Assembly (NCBI GenBank): GCA_019752015.1
Contig: JAIEMQ010000006.1
Coordinates: 421,118 to 485,117 of the forward strand
Direction: 5' to 3'
DNA from: Cyanobacteriota bacterium
GTDB lineage: Bacteria > Acidobacteriota > Vicinamibacteria > Vicinamibacterales > UBA2999
Length of the DNA stretch: 64,000 nucleotides
Shown here: one piece after another, positions 35,306 to 42,719 of the stretch
How the letters are laid out: each line of letters opens with the position of its first letter
Numbering within the stretch: position 1 is the first letter of the stretch
Program-made: the position numbers and the translations under genes
Notes under the pieces: generated by a model
What the model saw: only the letters and a program-made list of their open reading frames with translations
Databases searched by the model: none
What the model was told of the DNA's origin: nothing

Positions 35306-35360
35306 TCTTCATCGACGACGATGGCATCGTCGTCGTGTGGTCAAGAAAGGATTGTGTGTC

Positions 35361-35665
35361 ATGAAGAAGGTGCCGGTTGGATTGGCACTACGCGATCGCC
35401 TTGGTGAGAACGGTGTGCGGGACTTGAATGAATACGTGGAAGAGCACATGGAGACGTGGAAGAGCACATGGAGTCTGGGAGGGCCGGCGTGGTGAATGCA
35501 ATAACGGAGCGCTTCGATTATCGGATCAACGAGTGTGCGAAACGCGAAGACATGCTGATCGGATTCGCCCGTCTCGAAAAGCTGATGGCCGATACGAGAT
35601 TCGAGATCCTTCGCTGGTCGTTCGTCTTTTGGATCGGCCAGATCGCGATGCTTCTGCTCAAGTAG
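35361..35665 (+). pseudogene. Small tail-anchored coiled-coil protein (DUF1640-like) disrupted by a 20-bp tandem duplication
   Basis: ORF 35361..35495 and ORF 35456..35665 are in different frames. Removing one 20-bp unit fuses them into a 95-aa ORF, MKKVPVGLALRDRLGENGVRDLNEYVEEHMESGRAGVVNAITERFDYRINE...WSFVFWIGQIAMLLLK. Confidence 0.7.
35434..35473 (+). repeat. Perfect 20-bp tandem duplication ACGTGGAAGAGCACATGGAG x2
   Basis: I read it directly: 35434-35453 is identical to 35454-35473. Confidence 0.98.
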
Positions 35666-35695
35666 CCGGCGGCGCAGGCTGATAAGATCCGGCGG

Positions 35696-36100
35696 ATGTC
35701 GCCCACAAGCGAACGAATCCTGCTCGGCCCCGGCCCGAGCGTAATGTCTCCTCGTGTGATGAAGGCGCTGTCGGCGCCGATGTTGAGCCATCTCGATCCG
35801 CAGTTCGTCGCGATCATGGACGACGTGCGCGCGCGGCTTGGCCGCGTGTTCCAGGCGCCGGAAGGATCATTGGCCTTCGCGGTGTCGGGTACCGGCACGT
35901 CCGCCATGGAAACGGCGATCGCGAATCTCGTTGGTCCGGGCACGCGTGTGCTCTCGGTCGTCAGCGGCTATTTCGCCGATCGGCTCGCTCAAATGGCGGC
36001 GCGCTACGGCGGGAGCGTCACGCGTGTTGAAGCCGAGTGGGGCCGCGCGATCGATCCGGAACAGGTGCGCCAGGCCTTGAAGGCGTCCGGCGCCGAGCTC
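35696..36100 (+). pseudogene. Class V aminotransferase (serine-pyruvate / AGXT-like), N-terminal ~135-aa stump
   Basis: The stump reads RILLGPGPSVMSPRVMKALSAPMLSHLDPQFVAIMDDVRARLGRVFQ...AVSGTGTSAMETAIANLV...WGRAIDPEQVRQALKASGAEL. Homology then stops. The PLP-lysine region is absent. The frame runs on into the M48 gene. Confidence 0.65.
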
Positions 36101-36217
36101 GATGTGGCGGGGATTGGCCGGATGGGGACGAGCGTCTCAAGAACTGGTCGATCTGCTGGCGGGCGCCCTGGGAACGGCCCTGAATTGGCTGGTACAGGGG
36201 TTGCACAAGACGGGGGC

Positions 36218-37693
36218 ATGAGCAAAGCACGCTGCTTGTTTCTGGCGGTCCTGGTTTGCTTAATAAGCGCTCTGTCCGCGGCCTGCGCGACCAACCCGGT
36301 GACGGGCAAGAAACAAATGACGCTCCTCAGCGAGGCCGAGGAGCTCGCGATCGGCCAGCAGCAGGATCTCGAAATCCGCAGGGAGATGGGCGTCTACGAC
36401 GACCCCGAGCTGCAACGTTACGTCAACGACATCGGCCAGGAGCTGGCGCGGCGTTCGCATCGCCCCAACCTGCCCTGGTCTTTCACCATCGTCGACAGCC
36501 CGGCGATCAACGCGTTCGCGCTGCCTGGCGGCTATATCTATCTGACGCGCGGCATCATGGCGTATCTCGACGACGAATCCGAGCTTGCCGGCGTGCTCGG
36601 TCATGAGATCGGCCACGTCACCGCGCGCCACGCGGCGCAGGCGTACACGCGGCAGGCGCAGGCGAACCTCGGCATGACGATCCTCAGCATCTTCGTCCCC
36701 GGTACTCGGCCGTTCGCCAATCTCGGCGTGAGCGGCCTCGGCGTGCTGTTTCTCCGGCACGGACGCGAGGCGGAGCTCGAAGCGGATTCGCTCGGCGTCC
36801 AATACGGATCCGGCGCCGGCTACGATCCGGGCGGCGTGCCGCGATTTCTTTCCACGCTCGCGCGCATCAGCGCGATGAGCGAGCGCGGCGTGCCGAACTG
36901 GCTGTCGACGCATCCCAATCCGGGCGTGCGCGTCGCGAAAGCGGAGCCGCTCGCCGGCAAATTCGCGTCGGCTGATGCCAGGACCGTCAATCAAGATCAG
37001 TACCTCGAGCGGATCAGCGGTCTCACCTTCGGGGACAACCCGAAGGACGGCATCGTCCGCGGCAGTGAATTCCTGCAGCCGTTGCTGCGGATCGGGGTGA
37101 AATTTCCCGACGGATGGGAGCTGACGAATACGCCCGATGCGGTGATGGCGCAGGAGCCGGGCACGCAGCATTTCATGGTGCTGCAGGAAGTCGAAGCGAG
37201 CGCGCAACAGGGCTACGCCGCCCGGGGCGCGCGAACGCTCGCGGATGTGGCGGTCACGGCAATGCGAACCAGCGGGTTCACCGCGATCGACGGCACTCTG
37301 CAGCAGATCAACGGCAACGACGCCTACATCGGCCGCTATCGCGGCAAGGCGAAGGATGTCGGCGACGTCGAGATGCGCGCGGCGCACATTCAGATTGGCC
37401 GCCAGCTTTACGTCGTTGCCGGGTTCGCGCCAAAGGCCGCATTCGAGCGGATCGACCCGGCGTTTCGGTCGTCGCTGCAAACGTTCCGGCAGCTGACCGT
37501 GCAGGAGGCGTCGAACATCCGGCCCAACAAGATCGATTTCTACGTCGTGCGCCGCGGCGATTCCTGGCAGTCGATCGCCGCGCGGCAGAGCAAGGGCTAC
37601 GTCAACGCCGCCACGCTGGCGATCATGAACGACCGCGAGGTCAACGTTCAGCCGCAGGCCGGAGATCGAATAAAGATCGTCGTCGAAGGTTAA
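36218..37693 (+). CDS. M48-family zinc metalloprotease lipoprotein with a C-terminal LysM domain
   Basis: ATG at 36218. The lipobox is LISALSAAC and the zinc site is HEIGHV. Also present is INAFALPGGYIYLTRG. The LysM-like end reads YVVRRGDSWQSIAARQ...GDRIKIVV. Confidence 0.85.
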   Translation: MSKARCLFLAVLVCLISALSAACATNPVTGKKQMTLLSEAEELAIGQQQDLEIRREMGVYDDPELQRYVNDIGQELARRSHRPNLPWSFTIVDSPAINAFALPGGYIYLTRGIMAYLDDESELAGVLGHEIGHVTARHAAQAYTRQAQANLGMTILSIFVPGTRPFANLGVSGLGVLFLRHGREAELEADSLGVQYGSGAGYDPGGVPRFLSTLARISAMSERGVPNWLSTHPNPGVRVAKAEPLAGKFASADARTVNQDQYLERISGLTFGDNPKDGIVRGSEFLQPLLRIGVKFPDGWELTNTPDAVMAQEPGTQHFMVLQEVEASAQQGYAARGARTLADVAVTAMRTSGFTAIDGTLQQINGNDAYIGRYRGKAKDVGDVEMRAAHIQIGRQLYVVAGFAPKAAFERIDPAFRSSLQTFRQLTVQEASNIRPNKIDFYVVRRGDSWQSIAARQSKGYVNAATLAIMNDREVNVQPQAGDRIKIVVEG

Positions 37694-37702
37694 GATGAGC
37701 GG

Positions 37703-38569
37703 GTGGTCAGAATGATCGCCAGAGCGATCGCGGCCGCCGCGCTGCTCGGCTTCGCTTACCTTGCCTACGTCTACCTGACGCTGCCGGACGTTCGTCCGCT
37801 CGCTACTGAAAACCCGAAGACCACCGCCTTCATGGAGCTGCGCAAGGAAGAAGCGCGCGATGAAGGACGCCAGAAATTCGCGATCCGGCAGCAGTGGGTT
37901 TCCTACGGCCGCATTTCGCCGTTCCTGAAGCGCGCCGTGATTGTGACCGAGGATGCCGCGTTCTTCGATCACGACGGCATCGACATCAACGAGATCAAGG
38001 CGTCGCTCGAGAAGAACTGGGAGGACGGGCAGTTCCTCCGCGGCGCCAGCACCATCACGCAGCAGCTCGCGAAGAACCTCTACCTTTCACCGTCGCGAAA
38101 TCCCATGCGCAAGGTCAAGGAGCTGCTGATCACGCGGCGGCTGGAAGCGGCGCTGAGCAAGCAGCGCATCTTCGAGATCTATCTCAACATGATCGAGTGG
38201 GGCGACGGCATTTTCGGATGCGAAGCCGCGTCGCGAGCGTATTTCGGGAAGTCGTGCGCGAGCCTGGATGTGCCGGAAGCGGCGCTGCTCGCCGGCGCGA
38301 TCATCAACCCGCGCGAGCACAGTCCCGCGAAGCCGACTCGCCGATTGCTCCGCCGCCAGCAGATCATCCTGCGGAGGATGCAGTTCAAGCCGCCCGCACC
38401 CGCCGCTGCCGCGCCGCTCGACGAATCGCCGGCGGTCCCGCAGAATCAATCGGCGCCGATCGACAATCCGTTGATCCCGGTGCCGTCACCCTTCCCGACT
38501 CCGGAGAAACCGCCGGCGAACCGAAGCGGCAACGGCAGTCCTCCTGGAGTCATCCCGCCCCGACAGTGA
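37703..38569 (+). CDS. mtgA: Monofunctional peptidoglycan glycosyltransferase (GT51)
   Basis: GT51 motifs are EDAAFFDHDGID, RGASTITQQLAKNLYL and RKVKELLITRRLE. There is a single N-terminal TM and a Pro-rich tail. Confidence 0.85.
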   Translation: MVRMIARAIAAAALLGFAYLAYVYLTLPDVRPLATENPKTTAFMELRKEEARDEGRQKFAIRQQWVSYGRISPFLKRAVIVTEDAAFFDHDGIDINEIKASLEKNWEDGQFLRGASTITQQLAKNLYLSPSRNPMRKVKELLITRRLEAALSKQRIFEIYLNMIEWGDGIFGCEAASRAYFGKSCASLDVPEAALLAGAIINPREHSPAKPTRRLLRRQQIILRRMQFKPPAPAAAAPLDESPAVPQNQSAPIDNPLIPVPSPFPTPEKPPANRSGNGSPPGVIPPRQ

Positions 38570-38742
38570 ACAGGCGCCTGCTGATCGCGCAAGCGTTGTT
38601 GTGGGCCGCACTCTCAGTTCCTTCATGGGCCATCGTCGCGAAGCTCGGCGGAGCGACCGGCGTGCTCGCGTACGGTTTGGCCTCGGCAGTCGGCCTCGGG
38701 TTGGTGCTATGGCTCGTGCGGCTGGGGCCGGCCGCGCGATAA
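38566..38742 (+). CDS. 58-aa two-TM ORF, either separate or the frameshifted 5' part of the next gene
   Basis: The GTG overlaps the mtgA stop (GTGA). It encodes VNRRLLIAQALLWAALSVPSWAIVAKLGGATGVLAYGLASAVGLGLVLWLVRLGPAAR* and ends inside a G/C run where the next ORF's frame opens. Confidence 0.35.
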   Translation: MNRRLLIAQALLWAALSVPSWAIVAKLGGATGVLAYGLASAVGLGLVLWLVRLGPAAR

Positions 38743-39719
38743 CCGCGACAGCGATCGTGCCGATGCTGATCGTCGTCACGCTGTTTGCGGTGCGGTATCC
38801 GCGCTATGACGTCGAGACCGCTGGCGCCGGCAGTGATGATGACGATGCACACAATGTTGGGGTGACGGCGGTGCTGGCAGGGGAGTCGCCGTACGACCGG
38901 CAGACGTATCTCGGCAACGCCTTGCACCAGTTGCCGGGTTCCTATGTGATCGCCGCGCCGTTTGTCTTGATCGGCACGAGCGCACTGCAAAATCTTGTCT
39001 GCCTGCCGCTGTTCTTCGTCTCGATCCGTTCGCGCTCGCGCGATCCGCGCACGGCGCCGGTGCTGGCGTGGCTGGTGGTGTTGCTGTCGCCCGCCGTACT
39101 GCATCACGTCGTAACCGGCTCCTCCTATTCCTGGAATGCGATCTGGGTGTTGCTGGGTATCTCGTGGATCTGGCAGCGCCCGCGGAGCCTCGCGGCGGCG
39201 TTGTTCTGCGGTGTGGCGATGTGCTCGCGGCCGAACTTCCTGCTGCTCCTGGCGCCGCTTTACGCCGCGATGGCGCGCACGCATCCACGCCACTTTGCAG
39301 TGCGCGCGGTTGGCCTTGCTTCGGTCACCGCCGCCACGCTCGCGCTCCCGTTCTATTTTGCGAGCACGAGCTTCGGGCCGCTCGAAGGCTTTGGCGTCCT
39401 CAATCAGTTCGACGACGTCATTCCGGGAGCCGGATTGATACTTCTCGCCGTCACGACGATCGCGGCTGTCGCGTTGTCACGGACGCCTGTCGATTTCGAA
39501 GGATTGATGCTGCAGTGCGCCGCGATTCAGGCGATTCCGGTTGTAGCGGTGATGTTGATTGCCGCGGCCGTCGACGGGATCGATCGAACGTTCGAGCTGT
39601 CTGCTTATGCCGCGTTCGCGTCGTGGTTCGTCGTGAGGGGCGTGGTCCCGACGATCGATCGCGCGATCAGCTCACCCGCTTCGCCCCGACAAAGCGGCTC
39701 GCCCAGTACTGCTGGCTGA
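38709..39719 (+). CDS. Polytopic membrane protein, GT-C-like glycosyltransferase fold suspected
   Basis: About 9 hydrophobic segments are present. The first extracytoplasmic loop is acidic (GAGSDDDDAHNVG...GESPY). I recognised no named family. The start is uncertain. Confidence 0.5.
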   Translation: MARAAGAGRAITATAIVPMLIVVTLFAVRYPRYDVETAGAGSDDDDAHNVGVTAVLAGESPYDRQTYLGNALHQLPGSYVIAAPFVLIGTSALQNLVCLPLFFVSIRSRSRDPRTAPVLAWLVVLLSPAVLHHVVTGSSYSWNAIWVLLGISWIWQRPRSLAAALFCGVAMCSRPNFLLLLAPLYAAMARTHPRHFAVRAVGLASVTAATLALPFYFASTSFGPLEGFGVLNQFDDVIPGAGLILLAVTTIAAVALSRTPVDFEGLMLQCAAIQAIPVVAVMLIAAAVDGIDRTFELSAYAAFASWFVVRGVVPTIDRAISSPASPRQSGSPSTAG

Positions 39720-40278
39720 GACTTTCCACGCGCACCACGCCGCGCTCGCTCGGCGCGTGGATGAATTGATCGCCGCCGATCACGATGCCGACATGCGATG
39801 CACCCGGCGCGACCGTCGAGAAAAACACCAGGTCGCCCGGCTCCAGCCGATCACGGCCGACGGTCTTGCCGACGCGGAACTGATCGCGCACCTGGCGCGG
39901 CATCGCCACGCCGTGCTGCTCGTAGACGTATCGCACGAAGCCGCTGCAATCGAAGCCTGACGGGTCGATGCCGCCATCCCGATATGGCGCGCCTCGCAGC
40001 GACAGGGCGGTGCCTGACAGCGCGTAGCCATCCGTATTGCCGCCGCTCGGGATCGCCGGAGTCGATCGCCCCGGCCTCGACGGCGGCGGAACCACCGGCG
40101 CGGTCGCGGGCGGATTGGCGGCAACCGGCGGCGCGGACGGATCCGCCGGCGCGGGGAGCGCGGTCGTTCCACCGCCTCCGCCGGGGATCGGAAACGGCCG
40201 CGGCGTATAGACGACGCCGGAGCTCGCGCATGCGGCCAACGATCCCGCGGCGATCACGACGACGATGAAGCGGGCCAT
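39667..40278 (-). CDS. NlpC/P60 (C40) peptidoglycan endopeptidase lipoprotein
   Basis: ATG at 40278. The lipobox is AAGSLAAC. The catalytic Cys context is GFDCSGFVRYVY and the His context is ASHVGIVIGGDQFIHAP. The linker is Pro-rich. Confidence 0.9.
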   Translation of the reverse strand: MARFIVVVIAAGSLAACASSGVVYTPRPFPIPGGGGGTTALPAPADPSAPPVAANPPATAPVVPPPSRPGRSTPAIPSGGNTDGYALSGTALSLRGAPYRDGGIDPSGFDCSGFVRYVYEQHGVAMPRQVRDQFRVGKTVGRDRLEPGDLVFFSTVAPGASHVGIVIGGDQFIHAPSERGVVRVESLSQQYWASRFVGAKRVS

Positions 40279-40348
40279 CAGCGACCAGTATCGGCACTCC
40301 TTGCCGAATTGTGTAGTCCTGCGCGATTCATGGCACAATGCAGCGTAA

Positions 40349-40888
40349 ATGGAGCAAACGCTCCTCCTCAACGCAACCTACGAGCCGCTGAAAGTCGTTC
40401 ACTGGCAAAAAGCGGTGACGTTGTGGTGTCAGGGCAAGGTCGAGATCATCGCGCATCACGACCGCGAGGTCCGTGCTGTCTCGTTTTCCTTCAAGCTGCC
40501 GTCGGTGATCCGGCTGCTCCGGTACGTCCGGATCAAAAAACGCTTCGATTATGTGCCCTTCTCGCGCGCCAACATCTACGCGCGAGACGAGTTCAAATGC
40601 CAGTACTGCGCTGAAGTCTTCCCCACACCAGAGCTCACCTTCGATCACGTGATACCGGTGTCGCAAGGCGGCCGCAAGGACTGGGAGAACATCGTCACCT
40701 GCTGCGTGTCGTGCAACCGCCGCAAGGGCGGACGCACGCCCGAAGAAGCGCGCATGCGCCTGATCCGGCCGCCGCGGCGGCCGATGTCGGCGCCGGCGAT
40801 CCGCATCACGATCGGTTTGCGCAGCGCGCCCGAAAGCTGGCGTGACTATTTGTACTGGAACCTCGAGCTCGACGAGGACGACGGTTAA
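40349..40888 (+). CDS. HNH endonuclease
   Basis: The HNH region reads CQYCAEVFPTPELTFDHVIPVSQGGRKDWENIVTCCVSCNRRKGGRTPEEA. Confidence 0.9.
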   Translation: MEQTLLLNATYEPLKVVHWQKAVTLWCQGKVEIIAHHDREVRAVSFSFKLPSVIRLLRYVRIKKRFDYVPFSRANIYARDEFKCQYCAEVFPTPELTFDHVIPVSQGGRKDWENIVTCCVSCNRRKGGRTPEEARMRLIRPPRRPMSAPAIRITIGLRSAPESWRDYLYWNLELDEDDG

Positions 40889-40917
40889 CGCCCGCGGAGC
40901 TGGGCCAGACTAAATAG

Positions 40918-41904
40918 GTGCCCGTACTCACGAGCCTCGAGCCAGTTCGCGTCGTCGAAGGCGGACGCCTCTGGCTGCGCGGCGACGGTTTTCCCCAACC
41001 TGATTCCACGGCCGGCCTCGTCACGATCGGCGGCGTGTCCGCGCGGATGTCGTTTGCCGCGCCCGATCGCATGGCGGTGGTCGTCCCGGCGGGGCTCGAG
41101 GGCGGCGAGACGCCGGTGAAAGTGTCGTGGCTCCCCGGCGCCACCTTGTATGCGCGCGTCGGCGCCATGCTCGCGACCGGCCTTCATCAAGTCGACAATC
41201 CGGTCTTCGGCAGCGACGGCAATCTTTACGTCACCTACAGCGGCACGCGCGGGCAGGAGGCGACGGTGTCGATCTTCCGCATTGCCGGCAACGGCGCGCG
41301 CGAGCCGTTCGTGCACGGCCTCGTCAATCCGACGTCGATGGCGCTCGGCCCCGACGGTCTGCTGTACGTGTCGTCGCGTTTCGAAGGCCGCGTCTATCGC
41401 GTGTTCGATGACGGGCGGTACGAAGTGATGGCGTCGGACCTCGGCGTGGCGTGCGGGCTCGCGTTCGGCGCCGACGGATCGTTGTACGTCGGCGATCGCG
41501 CCGGCAGCATTTTCCGCATCGATCGCAAGGGCCGCACCGAGACGTTTGCCAACGTGCCGTCGAGCATCGCCGCGTTTCATCTCGCCATGTCGCCGGCCGG
41601 CGATCTCTATGTGTCCGCGCCGACGCTGGCTTCGTATGATTCGGTCCGGCGGATCGATTCCGAAGGCGGCGTGCATCCGCTGAACATTCCGTTCGGGCGT
41701 CCGCAAGGGCTCGCGTTCGATCGCCAGGGCGTGCTGCACGTCGTCGAAGCGCTGGCCGGATCGACCGGCGTGTATGCGATCAGGTCCGATCGCGAACCCG
41801 AGCTGGTCCTCGCCGGAGCGGGACTGGTGGGCCTGGCCTTCGGGCCGGCGGGAGAGCTGGTCGTGGCATCGAGCGATTCGGTCTTCTCCTTTCCCCCGGC
41901 ATGA
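40918..41904 (+). CDS. IPT/TIG domain plus NHL/SMP-30-like beta-propeller repeat protein
   Basis: The N-terminal Ig-like part reads RLWLRGDGF...VTIGGVSA...VVVPAGLEGGETPVKV. Repeated units follow (GPDGLLYVSS, GADGSLYVGD, SPAGDLYVSA, DRQGVLHVVE). Confidence 0.75.
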   Translation: MPVLTSLEPVRVVEGGRLWLRGDGFPQPDSTAGLVTIGGVSARMSFAAPDRMAVVVPAGLEGGETPVKVSWLPGATLYARVGAMLATGLHQVDNPVFGSDGNLYVTYSGTRGQEATVSIFRIAGNGAREPFVHGLVNPTSMALGPDGLLYVSSRFEGRVYRVFDDGRYEVMASDLGVACGLAFGADGSLYVGDRAGSIFRIDRKGRTETFANVPSSIAAFHLAMSPAGDLYVSAPTLASYDSVRRIDSEGGVHPLNIPFGRPQGLAFDRQGVLHVVEALAGSTGVYAIRSDREPELVLAGAGLVGLAFGPAGELVVASSDSVFSFPPA

Positions 41905-42161
41905 TCCTGTTCGTCAACGGCGTTCTGCTCGCGCTGGCCGCGATCTCGCTTGGCCTCCGCGCCACGTCGTTGTTGATGCCGCGCATCGACCCCTACGTGC
42001 GCTTCGTCACGTCCGCGATCGTCGGAACCATTCTCGTCCTCGCGGCGCTGCAGCTCTCCGATCGCTACGGCGTGTTCGATCTTGGACTGGGCCTGCTGTT
42101 GTCGCTGTCGCCCGTCGGCATTTTCGATCTCCTGAAATGGTGGTATCGCCGGAAGCGCTGA
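41901..42161 (+). CDS. Small three-TM membrane protein
   Basis: There is an ATGA overlap with the upstream gene. The sequence begins MILFVNGVLLALAAISLGL and has a basic C-terminus, WWYRRKR. Confidence 0.55.
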   Translation: MILFVNGVLLALAAISLGLRATSLLMPRIDPYVRFVTSAIVGTILVLAALQLSDRYGVFDLGLGLLLSLSPVGIFDLLKWWYRRKR

Positions 42162-42673
42162 CGGCGTCGCGGTGGCTGATCGACAACGCCGATCTGCTGC
42201 CGCCGGGCGGGCGCGCGCTCGATGTCGCCTGCGGCAAGGGCCGTCACGCGGTCTGGCTCGCGCAACGGGGATTCGACGTCCACGCGATCGATCGCAATCC
42301 CGACGCAATCGAGCACCTGAAAGCGATCGCCGCCTCGATGAATCTCGATCTCCGTGCAAGCGTGATCGACCTCGAGACCGACCCGCCGCCGGGCCTTGGC
42401 AGTTCGGAGTACGACCTCGTGCTTGGTTTCAACTACCTGCATCGTCCGTTGATGCCCGCGTTGCGCGCCGCCGTGAAGCCCGGCGGGCGCGTTTTCTATG
42501 AGACTTTCACGACCCGGCAGGCGGAGCGCGGTCACCCGCGGAACCCGGCGTTTCTGCTCACCGCCGGCGAGTTGCCGGGATTGATGGCGCCGTTCGAGGT
42601 CCTGCGCGCCCGCGAAGGCGAGTTCGACGGACGCTTCCTCGCGTCGATCGTCGCCGCACGCCTCGATGCATGA
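42137..42673 (+). CDS. Class I SAM-dependent methyltransferase
   Basis: Motif I is ALDVACGKGRHAVWLAQRGFDVHAIDRNP. Further matches are DLVLGFNYLHR and KPGGRVFYETF. The gene overlaps the upstream ORF by 25 nt. Confidence 0.8.
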   Translation: MVVSPEALTASRWLIDNADLLPPGGRALDVACGKGRHAVWLAQRGFDVHAIDRNPDAIEHLKAIAASMNLDLRASVIDLETDPPPGLGSSEYDLVLGFNYLHRPLMPALRAAVKPGGRVFYETFTTRQAERGHPRNPAFLLTAGELPGLMAPFEVLRAREGEFDGRFLASIVAARLDA

Positions 42674-42719
42674 TCGCGATGCGGTACAGCTTCCAAGGTG
42701 CCGAAGTAGAATCCGGCGA

